64,000 nucleotides of DNA from Halocafeteria seosinensis (Eukaryota), in contig LVLI01000190.1 of the NCBI GenBank assembly GCA_001687465.1, forward strand, positions 62,001 through 126,000, in the 5' to 3' direction. Under the pieces are notes generated by a model. That model searched no databases. It saw only the letters and a list, made by a program, of their open reading frames with translations, and was not told the origin of the DNA. A program made the translations under genes and the position numbers. Positions 38,726-52,201 of the stretch are shown here, piece by piece. How positions within the stretch are numbered: position 1 is the stretch's first letter; each line of letters starts with the position of its first letter.

Positions 38726-39775
38726 GTGATTAAAGGTATGAGACACTGCTAGCTTATGGTACCACATCCATTTGGCCACATCACATCGCTGTACAGGGGC
38801 TTTGGATGGGCAGTACGTCGCGGAAGCAGTCAGTGGTCTGGTGATGTTGCAGTCGTTGTTTGCGTCATGATAGGAAACAAGGGGGTACAGAGTGCCTGAG
38901 CACACCCTAGAACTTTGACAGCGCACTTTGATTGATTTGTTGTTTGTGTGACCACCACCTACTACTAGTGGCACCTAGCGATATAATTATTGCCCACTGT
39001 ACAGTCTGTACCACTGCAAAGATACAACTTCAAGGAACGTGGCGAATGCCCGGGTTATTACATACGCGCGATGTCGTTGAGCCTCAGTTCATCTGTCACC
39101 CCGTCCTGAAAAAGAGTTTAGGCAATCAAGAACGAGAAAGGGCTGTGGCCATTGTGCTGGAAGCAACAGAGACGGGCGTGTGAATTATGGCACTTATGCT
39201 GGAGAGTCTTGTGGGGCGCTTTTCCGGAATTATCTCAACCTTAATAATACAAATATATACGCAATGTACACGGTTGACCTCGAGCAATTGCAGTACACAC
39301 CATCTCAGTGACACATCATGCTGAAATTCAGTTCCTGCTGGAGTGGTGCGGCAGTTTCCCCCACTGACAACTGCGTTTCGCTGGTGATCAATCTACCATA
39401 TACCCAGACCACTTGGATTCCTGGTGAATCCCCACAAAGTTAAGCATATACAGGATCATATACCGCATCCGAGGAGCCAGTTCTCGGGTTGCAACTTGCC
39501 AGCCTGCAAGGTGAGGTGCGGAATTCTTCACACGTTGGAACTTGTTTCGCAAGTCCGCCCAAGAGGCATCCCCCATTTTCAGCTTTGTTTTATAACGTCT
39601 GTTTCTGTATCCTTGTCGTAGTTAGCACGGGATAATTTGTGCCGCTGAATCACCCACCCAAGGCGATGCAATACATTGCGAGCATCACGTAAAGACAAGA
39701 GAAGGCAGCCTCGCACCGGACAAGTGGCTGGAAAGAGCCTCATCATCAGGACGTACTGCGCAACCGGTACTCCCG

Positions 39776-40474
39776 ATGTCCTCTACCGGTGAGTCCCCAC
39801 AGCCACCTCTACGGAAGAAAGCCCAGAGGGCATGCGTTCCGTGTGCTAGGAGCAAGACAAAATGTGATGGCGAACGCCCATGTCAGGTATGGACCAAATT
39901 GGATAGGGTTACAGTAACTCAGAGGAAGACGTTATGTTGGATGGGTAATGACTAGATGCAGAGATGCGAAAGAAAAGGAATTCAGATTGAGTGTGTAGAC
40001 AGACCAAGAACTAAGCGGAGGAGAGATGTCAACGCCGAATTGGTCGCCTCGGGGGTCTCATTACCAGAAAACACAAGGGGAAAAGATATATCATTGGTTG
40101 ACTGGATGTTTGAGAGAAGGCCTGCTAGTGAGACTGCAGCTAGTGCTACCACGGCCAATGATAGAGAGCTAAACGCCGAAAGTGAGCTTAAAGTACCTTC
40201 ATCATCTCTGAGTGAGGCAGACCATATTCTTCCAACACTTCCACAACCACTTCAGTCTACCGGTCTCAGTAACTTGGATCTACTTCCGGCCGCCGCACCT
40301 CAGCCGACCCCTGAAATTTTCAACCCGACAATTGATGAAATCATTGCAATGGATTCAATAAACCCTCCATCCGACCTTCATGGTAATTCATTAGCTACAG
40401 AAGCGCCGGGCAGTGTTGCCGACCTGTTGCTACCACTGGACGAAGGGCGCTCTCCCGAAGCTCCTGAGGAGTGA
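39776..40474 (+). CDS. Zn(II)2Cys6 binuclear-cluster transcription factor, paralog 2 (intron 39887-39961)
   Basis: ACVPCARSKTKCDGERPCQ|RCERKGIQIEC; shares LPEN.R..D.SLVD with paralog 1. Exon 1 is absent from the ORF track. Confidence 0.88.
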
Positions 40475-40578
40475 GCGGACTTCGGAAACAATGATCATTG
40501 AAGTAGATCAATTGTCAATAAAATTTCTTGGCTCTTTTCCTGCGAGAAGCTTTCATATTATTTCGGACGACCTGCAAG

Positions 40579-41361
40579 TTACAGAACGTAAATACACACT
40601 TCGTAAATACAAGACATTTTAAGAAACGTATGGATGCTCCTACGTACCCGCTTTTGTACGCGGCAGTTGATATCGTCGGCGCGCATGGCTTTCGACTTTG
40701 TCTTTTTATTCTTTCCTTTAACTTTTCCAAAAAGTTCGTTCTGCTTTTCGTCCTTCTCGTGTAGCCTGGCAATTTTCTCAGCTAGTTCTCTTTGCGCCTT
40801 TTGACCTTCTGTCTCAGCTACTGCTGTTAGCCCTGAAAAGTCCCAGGTTGCGCTAGAGCCACTCCCACCCTTCCTATCGGAGGACAGCAAGTTCTTTGAT
40901 TCAACATGACTTAGTACAGTTCTTAGATCGAATGATAGGCTATCTGTTGCTTCCTGTTGTGAGTTCGCTTTCGTACTCGGTTTTTGTCCTCCGTAACTTT
41001 CTCCGTAGCGACTAGCATTGTTGCCTTGCAATATATCATCTATGACCGAATTGAGGGCATCCGTAGCACCTCGAAATCCTTTTGATTGGTGCTGTTCGGA
41101 CTCAGATGCTGAACTGGAGGCTGCTGCTGCTGTATCGGACCGTGAAGACCTGAGAGTCTGATTGAATTGCTGCAAGCGCTGTGTGACTTTATTGGACCGC
41201 TGGATTTCCTCTCGCAGTTTCGCTGCCACGGCATTCGCGTCAAAGCTTGCATCTTTGAGATTCACTTCGTACTGCTCCTCTCCGTCTGTCTGGTCAGTGT
41301 CATCTTCGTAATCCATATCCCGTAACATGGAGAACATGTTGCTGGTGCTCTGTTCGGCCAT
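40579..41361 (-). CDS. Hypothetical protein (260 aa, acidic N-terminus, basic C-terminus)
   Basis: Long ORF with ATG, protein-like composition and coiled-coil segments. No family recognised; the 3' end may be spliced. Confidence 0.6.
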   Translation of the reverse strand: MAEQSTSNMFSMLRDMDYEDDTDQTDGEEQYEVNLKDASFDANAVAAKLREEIQRSNKVTQRLQQFNQTLRSSRSDTAAAASSSASESEQHQSKGFRGATDALNSVIDDILQGNNASRYGESYGGQKPSTKANSQQEATDSLSFDLRTVLSHVESKNLLSSDRKGGSGSSATWDFSGLTAVAETEGQKAQRELAEKIARLHEKDEKQNELFGKVKGKNKKTKSKAMRADDINCRVQKRVRRSIHTFLKMSCIYEVCIYVL

Positions 41362-41712
41362 TGCACTCTACTACTCCCTTTGTTCTAAGATGACTCTATT
41401 CTCTTCTATCACACGATGAAATGCTTTGGTTCTAGACAGAGTCAAAACGGTTCATTTTAGGCTACTCAATACAAGCCAACACAGAGCTCTGCCTATCGTG
41501 TCACTTTGGCTTCAACGTAGTAGGCCTAACGCAGCAATCTTTTCGCACACTTAAAACAGATGATGAAAAAAGTCGAGCCATCATTTTGCTCTTCCGTGGT
41601 CTTGTATGCATGTTTCCACACGTACAGAATATAGTGCGCAGGTCGTATATTGTGATTCGTGCGTGTCTGTCTGGTTTGAGAGTAGTTAAAGAACGCATTG
41701 CAGACTGCAAAA

Positions 41713-43688
41713 ATGAGCAATCCAGGAGGCCATAATGCTCCTCAATACCATCAATATGGAGCATTACCTCCTCAACAGCAGGCTCAAATGATGCCTCAAG
41801 CGGCCGCTTATCAGCAGCAGTATTATCAGTATGCTCCCCAGCAGCAAGGACAGCAATCGCAGCCTCCACCGCAACAGGCAATGCAGATGCCGCCCCACAA
41901 CATGATGATGCCACCGCAGCAATACGGGGGTATGCCTTACAATGCACCCGGACCTGCTCCCTCGATGCCCCCACAAAATCATCAGGGAGCAGATGCCGGA
42001 ATGAATACGAGAGGAGGCGATCAAAGTCACCTAGGTCAATCGAAGTCTCTTCACATGCGAGAAATCCAGCCCACATGGGATGAAGAGTTCATCTCTAGCT
42101 TTTTTGCTCAATTTCGTAAGTATCTTGCGTTTAGCCGCAATAGTTGCGCACCGAATGCCAGCTATAATTAAAATTGATTCTTTTTTTTCTTCTCATTGCC
42201 TCGCAGCTGGATTCAGACGAGCAAAAGTGGTGCGTGAGAAATCCACAGGACTACCCACTGGATATGGGTTTATTGACTTTACTGATACGCCGTCTGCTGG
42301 TCAAGCATTGACTATGATGAATGGCCAACCTGTCGGTAACACAGGTATGAATGAGAGTATGATTCCCGGTATGAGGATGAATCTGTATACAAATGAGTCG
42401 TTGCACCAATGCAGGACACACGTTTCGTTTACAATGGAGCACGGCTCCTGCTAGCCGAACTGGAGGACCAGCCCCAAGACAGAAAAATCATCTCCCCCCT
42501 CAGTCATCAAATCCTCCTGCGGGCATGGGGATGTATGATCCTCATAATCCCCATATGCCTATGCAGCAGGAGCCCCGCACGGCTTACAGAGAGGAACGAA
42601 GTTCACGATCGGGTAGTCGAGGCCGAGGCCGTCCACAGGGACAAGAAGAATATCCCATATTCATTGGAGATATTCCGTATGAAGCTAATGATAGAGATTT
42701 AGAGGATCTTTTCCGCAATCGTTATCGAACTGTAATAAATGCGAACGTCGTCAAAAAGAAACAGACGGGTATGAGTAAAGGGTTTGGGTTTGTTCGATTT
42801 AGTGATCCTCGCGAAGCCGAGAGGGCAAAGAGAGAAATGAATGGAGCGCCCATGGGAAACAGAAGCATAAGATGTGGCGACGCCACAGAAAAAGTAGATA
42901 AACGCCCACCACCAGAGCCTCGACAATTACAATCGAACAGGCCCGCACCTCCGCGACGGGAGGGATCCGTAGATGTTCCCCGAAGGAACGAAAAGAGAAA
43001 CTTTGCTGAAGAGGCGCTATATACAGTATTTATTGGTGGCCTAGACCGTAGAGTGACCCGTGATGAAGTAGGACAGATCTTCAGCAGGTTCGGCCAGGTG
43101 GTGCGTGTAGATGTTCCTCCAGGGAAAGGAGTTGGCTTCGTCGAATTCGATAGACCACATCATGCCCAGCGAGCAATAGATTCAATGAATGGATCGTACA
43201 TGGAAACGTCGAAAGGAAGATTTCCTGTGCGTGTTTCTTGGAGAGACCCACCAGGAGCAGTCCAAAAAGGAGACAGAAACCGACGAGCCCCTTCTCGTTC
43301 CCGGTCTCCCTCGCGGCGTCGAAGGTCTCGCAGCAACAGACCCGACTCTCGTGAACGCAATAGACGGAGCGTGAGCCCGCGACGTTCTCGTGAAGTTCAG
43401 GATAGAGGAAATGCACGAAAAGAGGCTCCTCGGGCGCCTGTCGAAGGTAGCAGCACGGCAAAAAGCAGGAAACATCCCCGTCTAGACTCCGTTTATGCTC
43501 GAACCGATAAGGGAGTCCCTGGTGCGTCCTGTGATTTGGCAGCTGCTAATGAGGCGTTTTCAAGAATGTTCAGCACGGCGACCGTCTCTGGAATGTATGG
43601 TCTGCTAAATATCTCAATGCCACCGCGCCCAGATCACCCTTCTGATGACCCTAAGTGGGGCACCGCGATGGAAACGCGGGGACGCTAG
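41713..43688 (+). CDS. RNA-binding protein with Q/P-rich N-terminus, three RRMs and an RS-like tail (Nam8/RBP45/TRNAU1AP-like), 2 introns
   Basis: RNP1 motifs TGYGFIDF, KGFGFVRF and KGVGFVEF; RNP2 motifs IFIGDI and VFIGGL; SRSRSPSRRR tail. Confidence 0.88.
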
Positions 43689-43700
43689 GTCGCCTTTTCG

Positions 43701-45950
43701 TTACCAATTATTTACAGCAAGTGCAACTAAGGGCATGCCCTGTGCTATCATGAGTAATGTACTGGGTGCTCCCACTTTGAGGTACTCCATAAATCCGAGG
43801 AGATACCAAGGTTTAGCTCGTTCTGCAACAATAAGATTGGCAACGCTGCCCACGAGAGTCAGATTGCCGGCGATGGTCGACAACCACGACAACTGGATCC
43901 ATGCCATTCTAGCGGAGTTACCGCTTAGGCTGCATCGGTGACGAAGATAAATTACAGGGTCACTTCCATTAGTGCTCGCTTTTTTCTTCTGACGTACTTG
44001 TTTATTATCTCCGGCGCTAACAATAATACCATCGGGACATTGCTGACAGTGTTGCTTCCAAAGACTATAACTATCGCGTAAACGATCAATCCTCTGACCG
44101 ACTCCAAGTTTCCAATGGTTGAGGAGGAAACCTGCCACAACTTTTGGGGAACCTCTGCAGGTTGGAGTATTGTTTAGTTCAAACGATCAACTAGCAAAAA
44201 AACATGAGCACCTTACCGGTCTCGGAAAACCCTCCAACCAAAACGAAAAGACTCGCAAAAAACAATAGCAGCTTTGCGTCTACATTCTCTAGTATATGGT
44301 CGGGATGTTTTCCTCGGAAAAGCAACAGCAGCACCGCACCAAAGCAGACGATCCAAGACAAACCCTGTACAATGTCAAAAGAGGAAAGCGTATGGAAAGC
44401 ATAACGAATCAGATATCAATCGTAACTTACAACCCATTGGTCAGCAGCGACCATTGCCGGCAGTAAGAGAATTAGCAGCACTTTTTGTAGTCGCAAGCCA
44501 AGACGCGAACTTGAAGCAACTGCCTGGTGACTGTTTGTGATAGTATCTTGGGCAGCATCGTGGTTGTCCGTCTCCAAATATACCAATTCATGGCTGCCGA
44601 TTGTCTGCAAGTACGCTGTTCCCGTATCAATGGACACAGCCCGTCTTCGCTTGAGCTGACTTGAATATGCCAGCAACTTTTCCACTATTTCAGGCCCTCG
44701 CGGCGGATGATTTACATGCTTTGACGAGGATTCGGAAGTGGGAGCAGCTCTGAAAAGAGTTATAGTCTCATGCCCGTTAGTGTCTCTGGAGCCGACTCTG
44801 TTTACTTCAGTATTCAAGAGCGACTCACCAACCGGTCTAGAGCGTTCTTGACCTTCGTCCGTATCAACATGTAGAGTCGGCATCGGTAAGAGATGGAAAA
44901 ACGTTGTATGCAACCGGTCCTTTTCACGTCTTGATAGACGACGTAAGAAAGCGCTGAAATCGATTAACCGTAGCGTTGTGTGGACTCCCCTCACTTCATT
45001 TGTCACGCTTTCACATTCTGTTTCCTTTTTCTTCCTCCGTGTGGCGTCCTGAGACTGTTTCTCTACGCCTGCTAAGAGGGGCGGATGGTGAGGCGAGTCC
45101 AAATACAACTGATTTCGGTACGCGAACCATATCAGGGACGTATTAATAATTACTCCTACCACGGATGCGAGGCCAATGTATTTCAAGAATTCAAGGAAGG
45201 ACACCTTGCCTACTGAAGCGATGATAATGTTTTGCGGACTTCCAATGGGAGTGGAGGCAGAGCCTATGTTTGTCGAGGTTGCCAAAGCCAGAATAAACGG
45301 AGCAGGGTTGAATCCTCTATCTATGCAGCTCCGAGCAACGATGGGTGTCATGAAGAGACACTGCGCGCGGCTACCAATTGTAGTTCGCAATTACCAACAG
45401 GAAGTTCAAGTGATACTTACCGTGGTATCATTTGTCACCAGTGCTGCAGATAGTGCCCCAACGAGAGCAACTCGAACCAAAAACACAGTTGGTGTTGTTT
45501 CCGCCGTTCCTCCGATTAGTCTAGTCAGGTAGTGGAATCCTCCAAGTTCTTGTACCATTTGCGTAATGAGCATGACCCCAAGTAGCAAAGCCAGAGCTGC
45601 GATCATGGTGCAGAAATCAATTAAATACGTAGTAGGACACGTACGGTACAAAGTATCACTATGCGTACTCACTCTCTAATGAAATAGCCTGAAATGCTTT
45701 CTCTGGAGGTAGAATTCCTGTGATCACGAACTGGAAGCACTATCAAACTTTTGTACTGAACCCACCCGTTTTTTCGACAAAAGTCACGTACCAAAGATGC
45801 TCCGAAAAATGCCCCAATGGGACGGCCGATTGGGGGTAAACATGGCCAATGATCACGTACAATGAGAAGCCACCCAAGGAGGAAAAAGAGACTTCCAAAG
45901 ACCACTTTGATCACATCCAATTCGATGGTGGATTGTTGTGGCTCCCTCAT
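43701..45950 (-). CDS. Lsi2/ArsB-type (IT superfamily) anion/metalloid transporter, about 6 introns
   Basis: PIGRPIGAFFGA, SAALVTNDT, LALATSTNIGSASTPIGSPQN, SNTVSNVP, STIAGNLTLVGSVANLIVAE and GFMEYLKVG are motifs of the plant Lsi2-like family. Confidence 0.88.
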
Positions 45951-46119
45951 TTCATTACTGCAAAAAGAAGTGTGTGTGTGTGTGTGGGAAGGATAGTATA
46001 TATATCATTATTATCAACATTTCACTGCGAGTGGACTGTAATAAGAGCACTCTTTTTTTGTTGTGCGCTGTCTATCCTTCCCTGTTTTCCAGCTCTGTTT
46101 GAGGTCCTTTTACCCCGTA

Positions 46120-49100
46120 ATGAAGGATATGAACGGCACCGAGGGCGACATTCCCTCCGTAGCTCCTGAAGGGACCATATACGACGATGACTACGTCATC
46201 CGAATCCCCCTGTACAACCAGGAAGAGGGCAAACCGGGCCAGGAAGAGGGGGAAGTGGAGGAAGAAGAAGAGGGCGAAGAGGATACAGATAAGCTTTTAC
46301 AGAGGAAAAAACAGGTCGAAGAGAGGGAAGCCAAGCTCCCCAATTTGGAGATAAGCCAGCAGGAGGTGCTGCAAATGAAACCGCAGGAAATCATCCAAAT
46401 TCTGAAAGAGGAAGCAGCCCCTGTAAAATCATGGAGAGATATCATGGTATGGCATTTATTTTTTTTTAGACTCTCCCTTCTTCTTTAGAGAACGAAAGGG
46501 AGTGTATTATCTCTTCTTTCCAATATGTGTAAACATGTCCGATGGTACAGGTGGCGTATTCGCGAAACAAGGAGTGGAGCAAAGTGGAGGAAATAGCCGA
46601 GGCAGCTTGTAAGACATGTAAGTATTGCCGTGGCATTGTAAAATCCCAACGACCAAGCATGGTATGAGATATATCACTCCTACACGATACGCCTACAGGG
46701 AACGAATCACCTCGCTGGCAGAAAGACAAAGTCGCCCAAACAGAGTACGCTTCGCTATTGGTCGCCCGCTTTGCCGGACTGATATACAGCGTTTCATCAC
46801 CACAAATGCTGAATAAACCCAGCATGCGCGCTCAGGTGGTGCGTGCAACTAACAAGGCTCAGGATGTTTTGTCCCAAGTACAGAGTACCGCAAGTACCTC
46901 TACCTTGACGAAGGCCGCTGCTGGTTTACACTATCTGTTGAAGGCGCAACAGGAGGCGCTAGATGAAGCATCGGCAGCTGATCCGGACCGACAAACGCTG
47001 AATTTGGCGCGAAAAGAGTTCAGTGATGCGGCTCAGACTCATTCGCGATACGTACAAGATCTTCGACGCCGATATACGTTAGGGGACGATGAATGCCCTG
47101 TGCATATTCCCGGTAGAACGCACATCGCTGCTACTGTCGGAGAAGCGTGCGTTGCATACCAACAGGGAAACTACGTCCTTGCGAGACGATTATTCGCAGA
47201 AGCCATCCGTGCACATCCCCGGGCTCCTGCCTCATTGAGGGTTGCTCTCGGCCACTGTCTGTATAAACTAGGACATATTGAGGTTGCAAAAAAGGCGTTC
47301 CAACGCGCTCTACAGTTGGAACCGAACAATAGCAATGCCTTAACAGGGCTAGCAATCCTTATAGAGCATTACCATGGAGAGCAGACACCCTCGATTGAGA
47401 AGCAGGCTCGGCTTGTGCGAAGATCACGTGCCCTTCTGCAACGTGCAGTTGAAGTGAACAAGGACTGTTCAATGGCGCAGAATCATCTCTCAGAGCATTA
47501 CTTTCACCAATATGCCCCGCTGCGGCCTCAGGGAGAATCGGCTTCAGCAGAGGAACCAGTGACTGCATCCGTCAGGAACCTACAGTACCGTGTGACATTT
47601 TCGGCTGCATGTGCACAAGTGAAACCAGGCATTATTCTCAGGTTATTCAATGGTAGAAAGAATTATTATGTGGAAGTTCTGCAATGCATCGATTCTCGCA
47701 ATGTGCTGCTGACGTTCCCTTTCGGTGGGGAGAACGGAGATGACTACGCTGTGTACTTGCGAGACGTAAAAATGCCTTTGCGTTTAGCGCAGAGGGCTGT
47801 TGAGTGCTCTGCTAATAACAAAGTAAAAGCTGAGAGTCACTTCTTGGCTGCTCGCGCTCATCACGCGCTGGGGCAGTATATCGACGCTGCCGCCGAGTAC
47901 CAGAAGTGTATGTCGCTTCGAGAAAATTTCTATCCATGTTTGTTTGGACTCGCCAAATGCTTTATCTACCAAAAGAAAGAAATGGAGGCTGAGAAGATTC
48001 TCAAAGATCTAGCAAAAGCCCAGCCTGACAATGGGGACGTACATTGCCTTATGGGCGCCATTTATTGGCAGCGCAGCAAACTCCTAGGTGCGAACGAATC
48101 GGCCGAACTGCCCCAGGAATTGCTACAGGACTGTGCGGTAGAGCTATCACAGCAGGAGAGGTCGAAAAAGGAGGAACGTAACAAGGACTTCCTTTCAAGT
48201 GGATTACCTAAACCGTCGACGAATGAGCTGCTGAGTTATCTCACTCACAAGGCCTTGCGAGAGGCAGAAGAAGCCACCGAGGTATCGCCGAACGACGTTC
48301 GAACTTGGCTGCTATTTGGCGAAATTCAGCAGGACATGCCGAATCCTAAGAGAGTGAAAAAAGCGTATGCAGCGTATGACAAAACGATTCGTGTGCTTCA
48401 CGCGAATGGACAAGGAACTCCTCATAGTCTCTGGAACAATATCGCTGTCCTCCGTGCCCGCCAAGGTGACCTCGCAGACGCCAACAGGCTGTTTGATATG
48501 GCGTTGAAGCGAGTCGCGGCTTTGGTGCTACCTGATGGAAGTGTACCACAAATGACTGATCTGCTTCCTGAAAATGTCCGGCTACATCCAACTTGCGTCT
48601 GTATTACGTTTAACATCGCACGGCTGAGAGAAATGGAAGGAAAGCTTGAGGAAGCGGAGATGCTTTTCAAGATGATTGTGGGCAAGTATTCAAGTTATGT
48701 CGATGCTTTATTGCGACTCGCATCCCTCTCGATGCAACAGCGAGACATTCGTGTGGCCGAAGGTTGGATAAAACGTATTCTTCGTGTCACAGCACAATCG
48801 GAGAATTCTGACGCTGGTGAAAGGAAGCGAGCTGGAGATCGTGCTGCTGCACTGTGTCTGTATGGCCAATTAAAAGAACTTCAAGAAGACTTTAAAGGTG
48901 CAACCAGTCACTACGACGCCGTATTGGGACTGCCGCATCATAGCTCAGACAGTTATGCGCTCTTGGCCCAAGCCAATCTGAAGTTTCGAGAGCTTTACCG
49001 GTTTGGTTTAATTTCCTTAGGTGGGGATGCTTCTTTGGATGGCAAGATAGGTAGCGCCCACGAGGATGTTCTTCGGCGTGCTTTCGCCGATTACAAGGAC

Positions 49101-50663
49101 GTTTTGCGCAGAGAAAGTGGTAACATATTTGCGGCTAACGGACTGGGATGTATTCTTGCTGAACAAGGTCGTGTAGAATACGCTAGGGATGTATTTGCTC
49201 ATGTGAGAGAAGCTGATCAGGATGTACGCCCCGCAACTGTTAATCTTGCTCACTGTTTCCTGGTCAACGGCAATGCTCAACATGCAATCCAGCTTTATAA
49301 AAAGGCGTTGAAGAAGTTTTACGGGGGTGGCGGAGGCTCTGCTGTTGCTGTAACTACAGGTGATAAGTCGGCTTCGGCTGGCCCAACGTCTGGGGAGGAC
49401 TTGTTGATGGCAGGATCGTCGCGCAGTCTTATATCAGAACGAATTTCAGTGATGTGCTGCCTTGCAAGAGCATACACCGAAGTAAAGAAGCATCAGGAGG
49501 CAATTGATGTGTTGAAATCAGCACTGATCATGCAGCCAGACAACATGCAGTTGTGGTACAACATGGCGTATGCGCGCGGTGAAGAAGCCTTACGCATTCT
49601 GGGTTTACCACCAACCGAGAGAGAATTATGGCAAGTAGAACGTGGTTCAATGCATTTGCAGTATGCCCTTCGTTTGTTCAAGAAACTCCAGGACTATCTG
49701 GATGAGAGGATTGCTAATGACTCTGAGTTGCAGGGAAGTGATGCAAACCGAGAGAACAAGAAGAAGATAATGGAGAAAATCGGGTTTTCACCTAGCTCGG
49801 TGAAGCGTTTTATTGCTCATTGTGAGAAATTTCTGGGAGAAGCAGAGAAGCATCTTCGGGATGCGCGCTTGCGAGAAGAGAAGAAGCGACAGGAAGAAGC
49901 CAAGCGTGCCGCTGAACTTGAACAGGCTAAGCGGACCAAAGAGGAAGAAAAACGGCTTCGGGAGGAAGAGGAAAGACTTCGTCGTGAGAATGAACAAGCC
50001 AAAGCCAAAGAGTTGGCCACAAAGCTGGCTGATCTTCGGGAACAATGGGAGCAGCAGGAAGCGAACAAGAAGGAAGCGGAAAAGAATAAGCGGAAGCTGA
50101 GCAAGGCGGCCGCGAAGCGGAAGGAAATCGATAACTCTGTTGAGAAACTGGATGAAATCGATAGCGATGAAGATCTTAGTGGTCCTGTAATGCTTGAAAG
50201 CCGAAGAGTTAATTTCCGTCAGGCCGCACGCGAATCTGGTTTAGATACGTCGCAAAACGAAGCCGAACTCTTGCAACAGTTGTTTGGGGAAGATCCTGAC
50301 GACGAGGAAGCAGCTGCTGGAGAAAACGGACAACATGGCTCCGGGGGCGCAGAGACAAACGGGGACATCACGGCGGATGAAATAGCTGGATTGTTCCATG
50401 TGGAGACTCATGATCAAGGAGGGGATGAAGAAGACGCTCTCCGAGAGATCTTCGGCGAAGGGGACGATAGTGACGAAGAGAATCTTGACGGTGCTGGTGA
50501 CGCAGAGTACGATGAAACGCAGGATCACGAAGATGATGCTGAGGCATCAGCGAGCTCCTCTGCGAACAAGCGTGCGGCTCCTGATGATTATGTCGATGAG
50601 GAAGGTAACAACAAGAAACGTGCAAAGCATGTCGTGGAGGGCGATGAAGACGAAGACGAGTAA
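46120..50663 (+). CDS. CTR9: PAF1 complex subunit Ctr9 (TPR protein), 2 introns
   Basis: Many TPRs; NIFAANGLGCILAEQG..EYARDVFAHVREA; VNLAHC..AIQLYKKAL; long coiled-coil and acidic tail. Exons 46120-46446, 46551-46617 and 46699-50663 join in frame. Confidence 0.9.
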
Positions 50664-50924
50664 ACTGAACGAAATGTTTGCTTGCCACGCTCTTGATGTT
50701 TACTTGATGTAATTAGGGAGCCATTTTGGAACATCCTGTCATACTGATTTCTTTTTCCCGGCCATTATTGAATATACTTTAACATATGAATGAGTTCGTG
50801 CTATTGAATCCGTACAGCGTGCTCTTGTATAGCCAATAAATCCCGCCGATAGTGGTGGTGGCCTCAGCAATTTGTTGATTCATTGCATACATAGTAAGAA
50901 GTAGACATAGTAGTCTGAACGACA

Positions 50925-52201
50925 ATGGCTACTACTGCAGAAGCAAAAGCACCTAGTGCTTTTCAGACGGCGCAGAGCGATGCGTTTGCCGGAAAGTGGG
51001 ACGATTTAGATGTACGTCAAGTTTGAAGGTGACACACTTTATTCATCATTGAACATGGTGGTGATGACGTCTTTTCTCTTGTTTATTTACCTTCTATTTT
51101 TCTACACTTTTATTACAGTATGACCTTGGAAATTTGGCAGCCTTTGATAGCCACCCTGTGGACGGGGAGGCGCTGAAGAGGAGCAAGGAGAAGTACTTGC
51201 AGCAGTTGACTCGCGATAATACACAGTTGTTGGTGCGGCACTTGTTTGAGTTGCCCGTAGAAAAGTCAGAAGATGGGCCAGAAGTGGGTTTTTATGCAGT
51301 GTTTGTTGATGGTCCCTCACCTCTTACAACGGCTCTGTATTCCTGTTTTCTTAACTTTGTGTGTATGCAGGCACAACTTCCGGCAGGTACTTCGAAATTC
51401 CCACGTATGAGGCCTATCCCGGAACAGAAGCCTGAGACAAGGTGGGAGAAATTTGCCAGAGAGAAAGGTATACAAAAGAAAAAGAAGAGTAGAAAAGTAT
51501 GGGATGAAACTGATAAGGAATGGAAAGCACCGTGGGGAATGAACAAGGCGAATGATACAAAGGATTGGATGGTGGAAGTAAAGCCTGGAGAAGACCCATA
51601 TCAAGATCCATTTGAGAAGAAAACTTTAGAAAAAGAACAAAAAGTTGTGCAGAATAAGTTGAACAGAGTTAAAAACTTACAAAGGAATTCCAAAGAGTCG
51701 AATAAGACACCGGCTGGTATACCTACCCAGCTCTCCATGGAAGAAGGAAAGGTCGACGGGCCTACAGGCCAAGGCAAGAAACGAAAGGGCAAACCTAAAG
51801 GAGAAGCTTTAGATACCAAGGAAAAGAGATTGCGTGCTGCCCAAATATCAACTGCGAGTATAGGTAAATTTGATGCTCAGTTGCCTGGAGAACCAGACAG
51901 GCCACGGGATCCCAAGAAGCGGAAGCGTATGCCTGTGGAAGCATCCGTTGAAAAAGAGCACGCCAGAGACAGCGATATCCTGCGCAAAGTACTACACGGC
52001 AGCGGCGAAGGCGAAGGCACTGAGCATGCAGGTGTTAAAAGCTCTGGTAAAGCAAAGAGAAAGGGCAAAGGCAAGAACTCCTCGTCCCGAGAAACTCCTG
52101 TGGCCACACCCACAGGCACCGCTCAAGCCAAGAAAAAACAGAAACGTGCGTCAGCGGCTGCCACCGCGAAGAAATCTCCAAAGGGAAAGAAAGGAAAATG
52201 A
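50925..52201 (+). CDS. RRS1: Ribosome biogenesis regulatory protein RRS1 (introns 51012-51118, 51284-51370)
   Basis: YDLGNLAAFD, TRDNTQLLV..LF.LP, ETRWEKFAREKGIQKKKKSRKVWDE, AQISTASIGKFD. Confidence 0.95.

Noticed and set aside
51012..51118. Box C-like GTGATGA in RRS1 intron 1
   Set aside because: No downstream box D (CTGA) or terminal stem.
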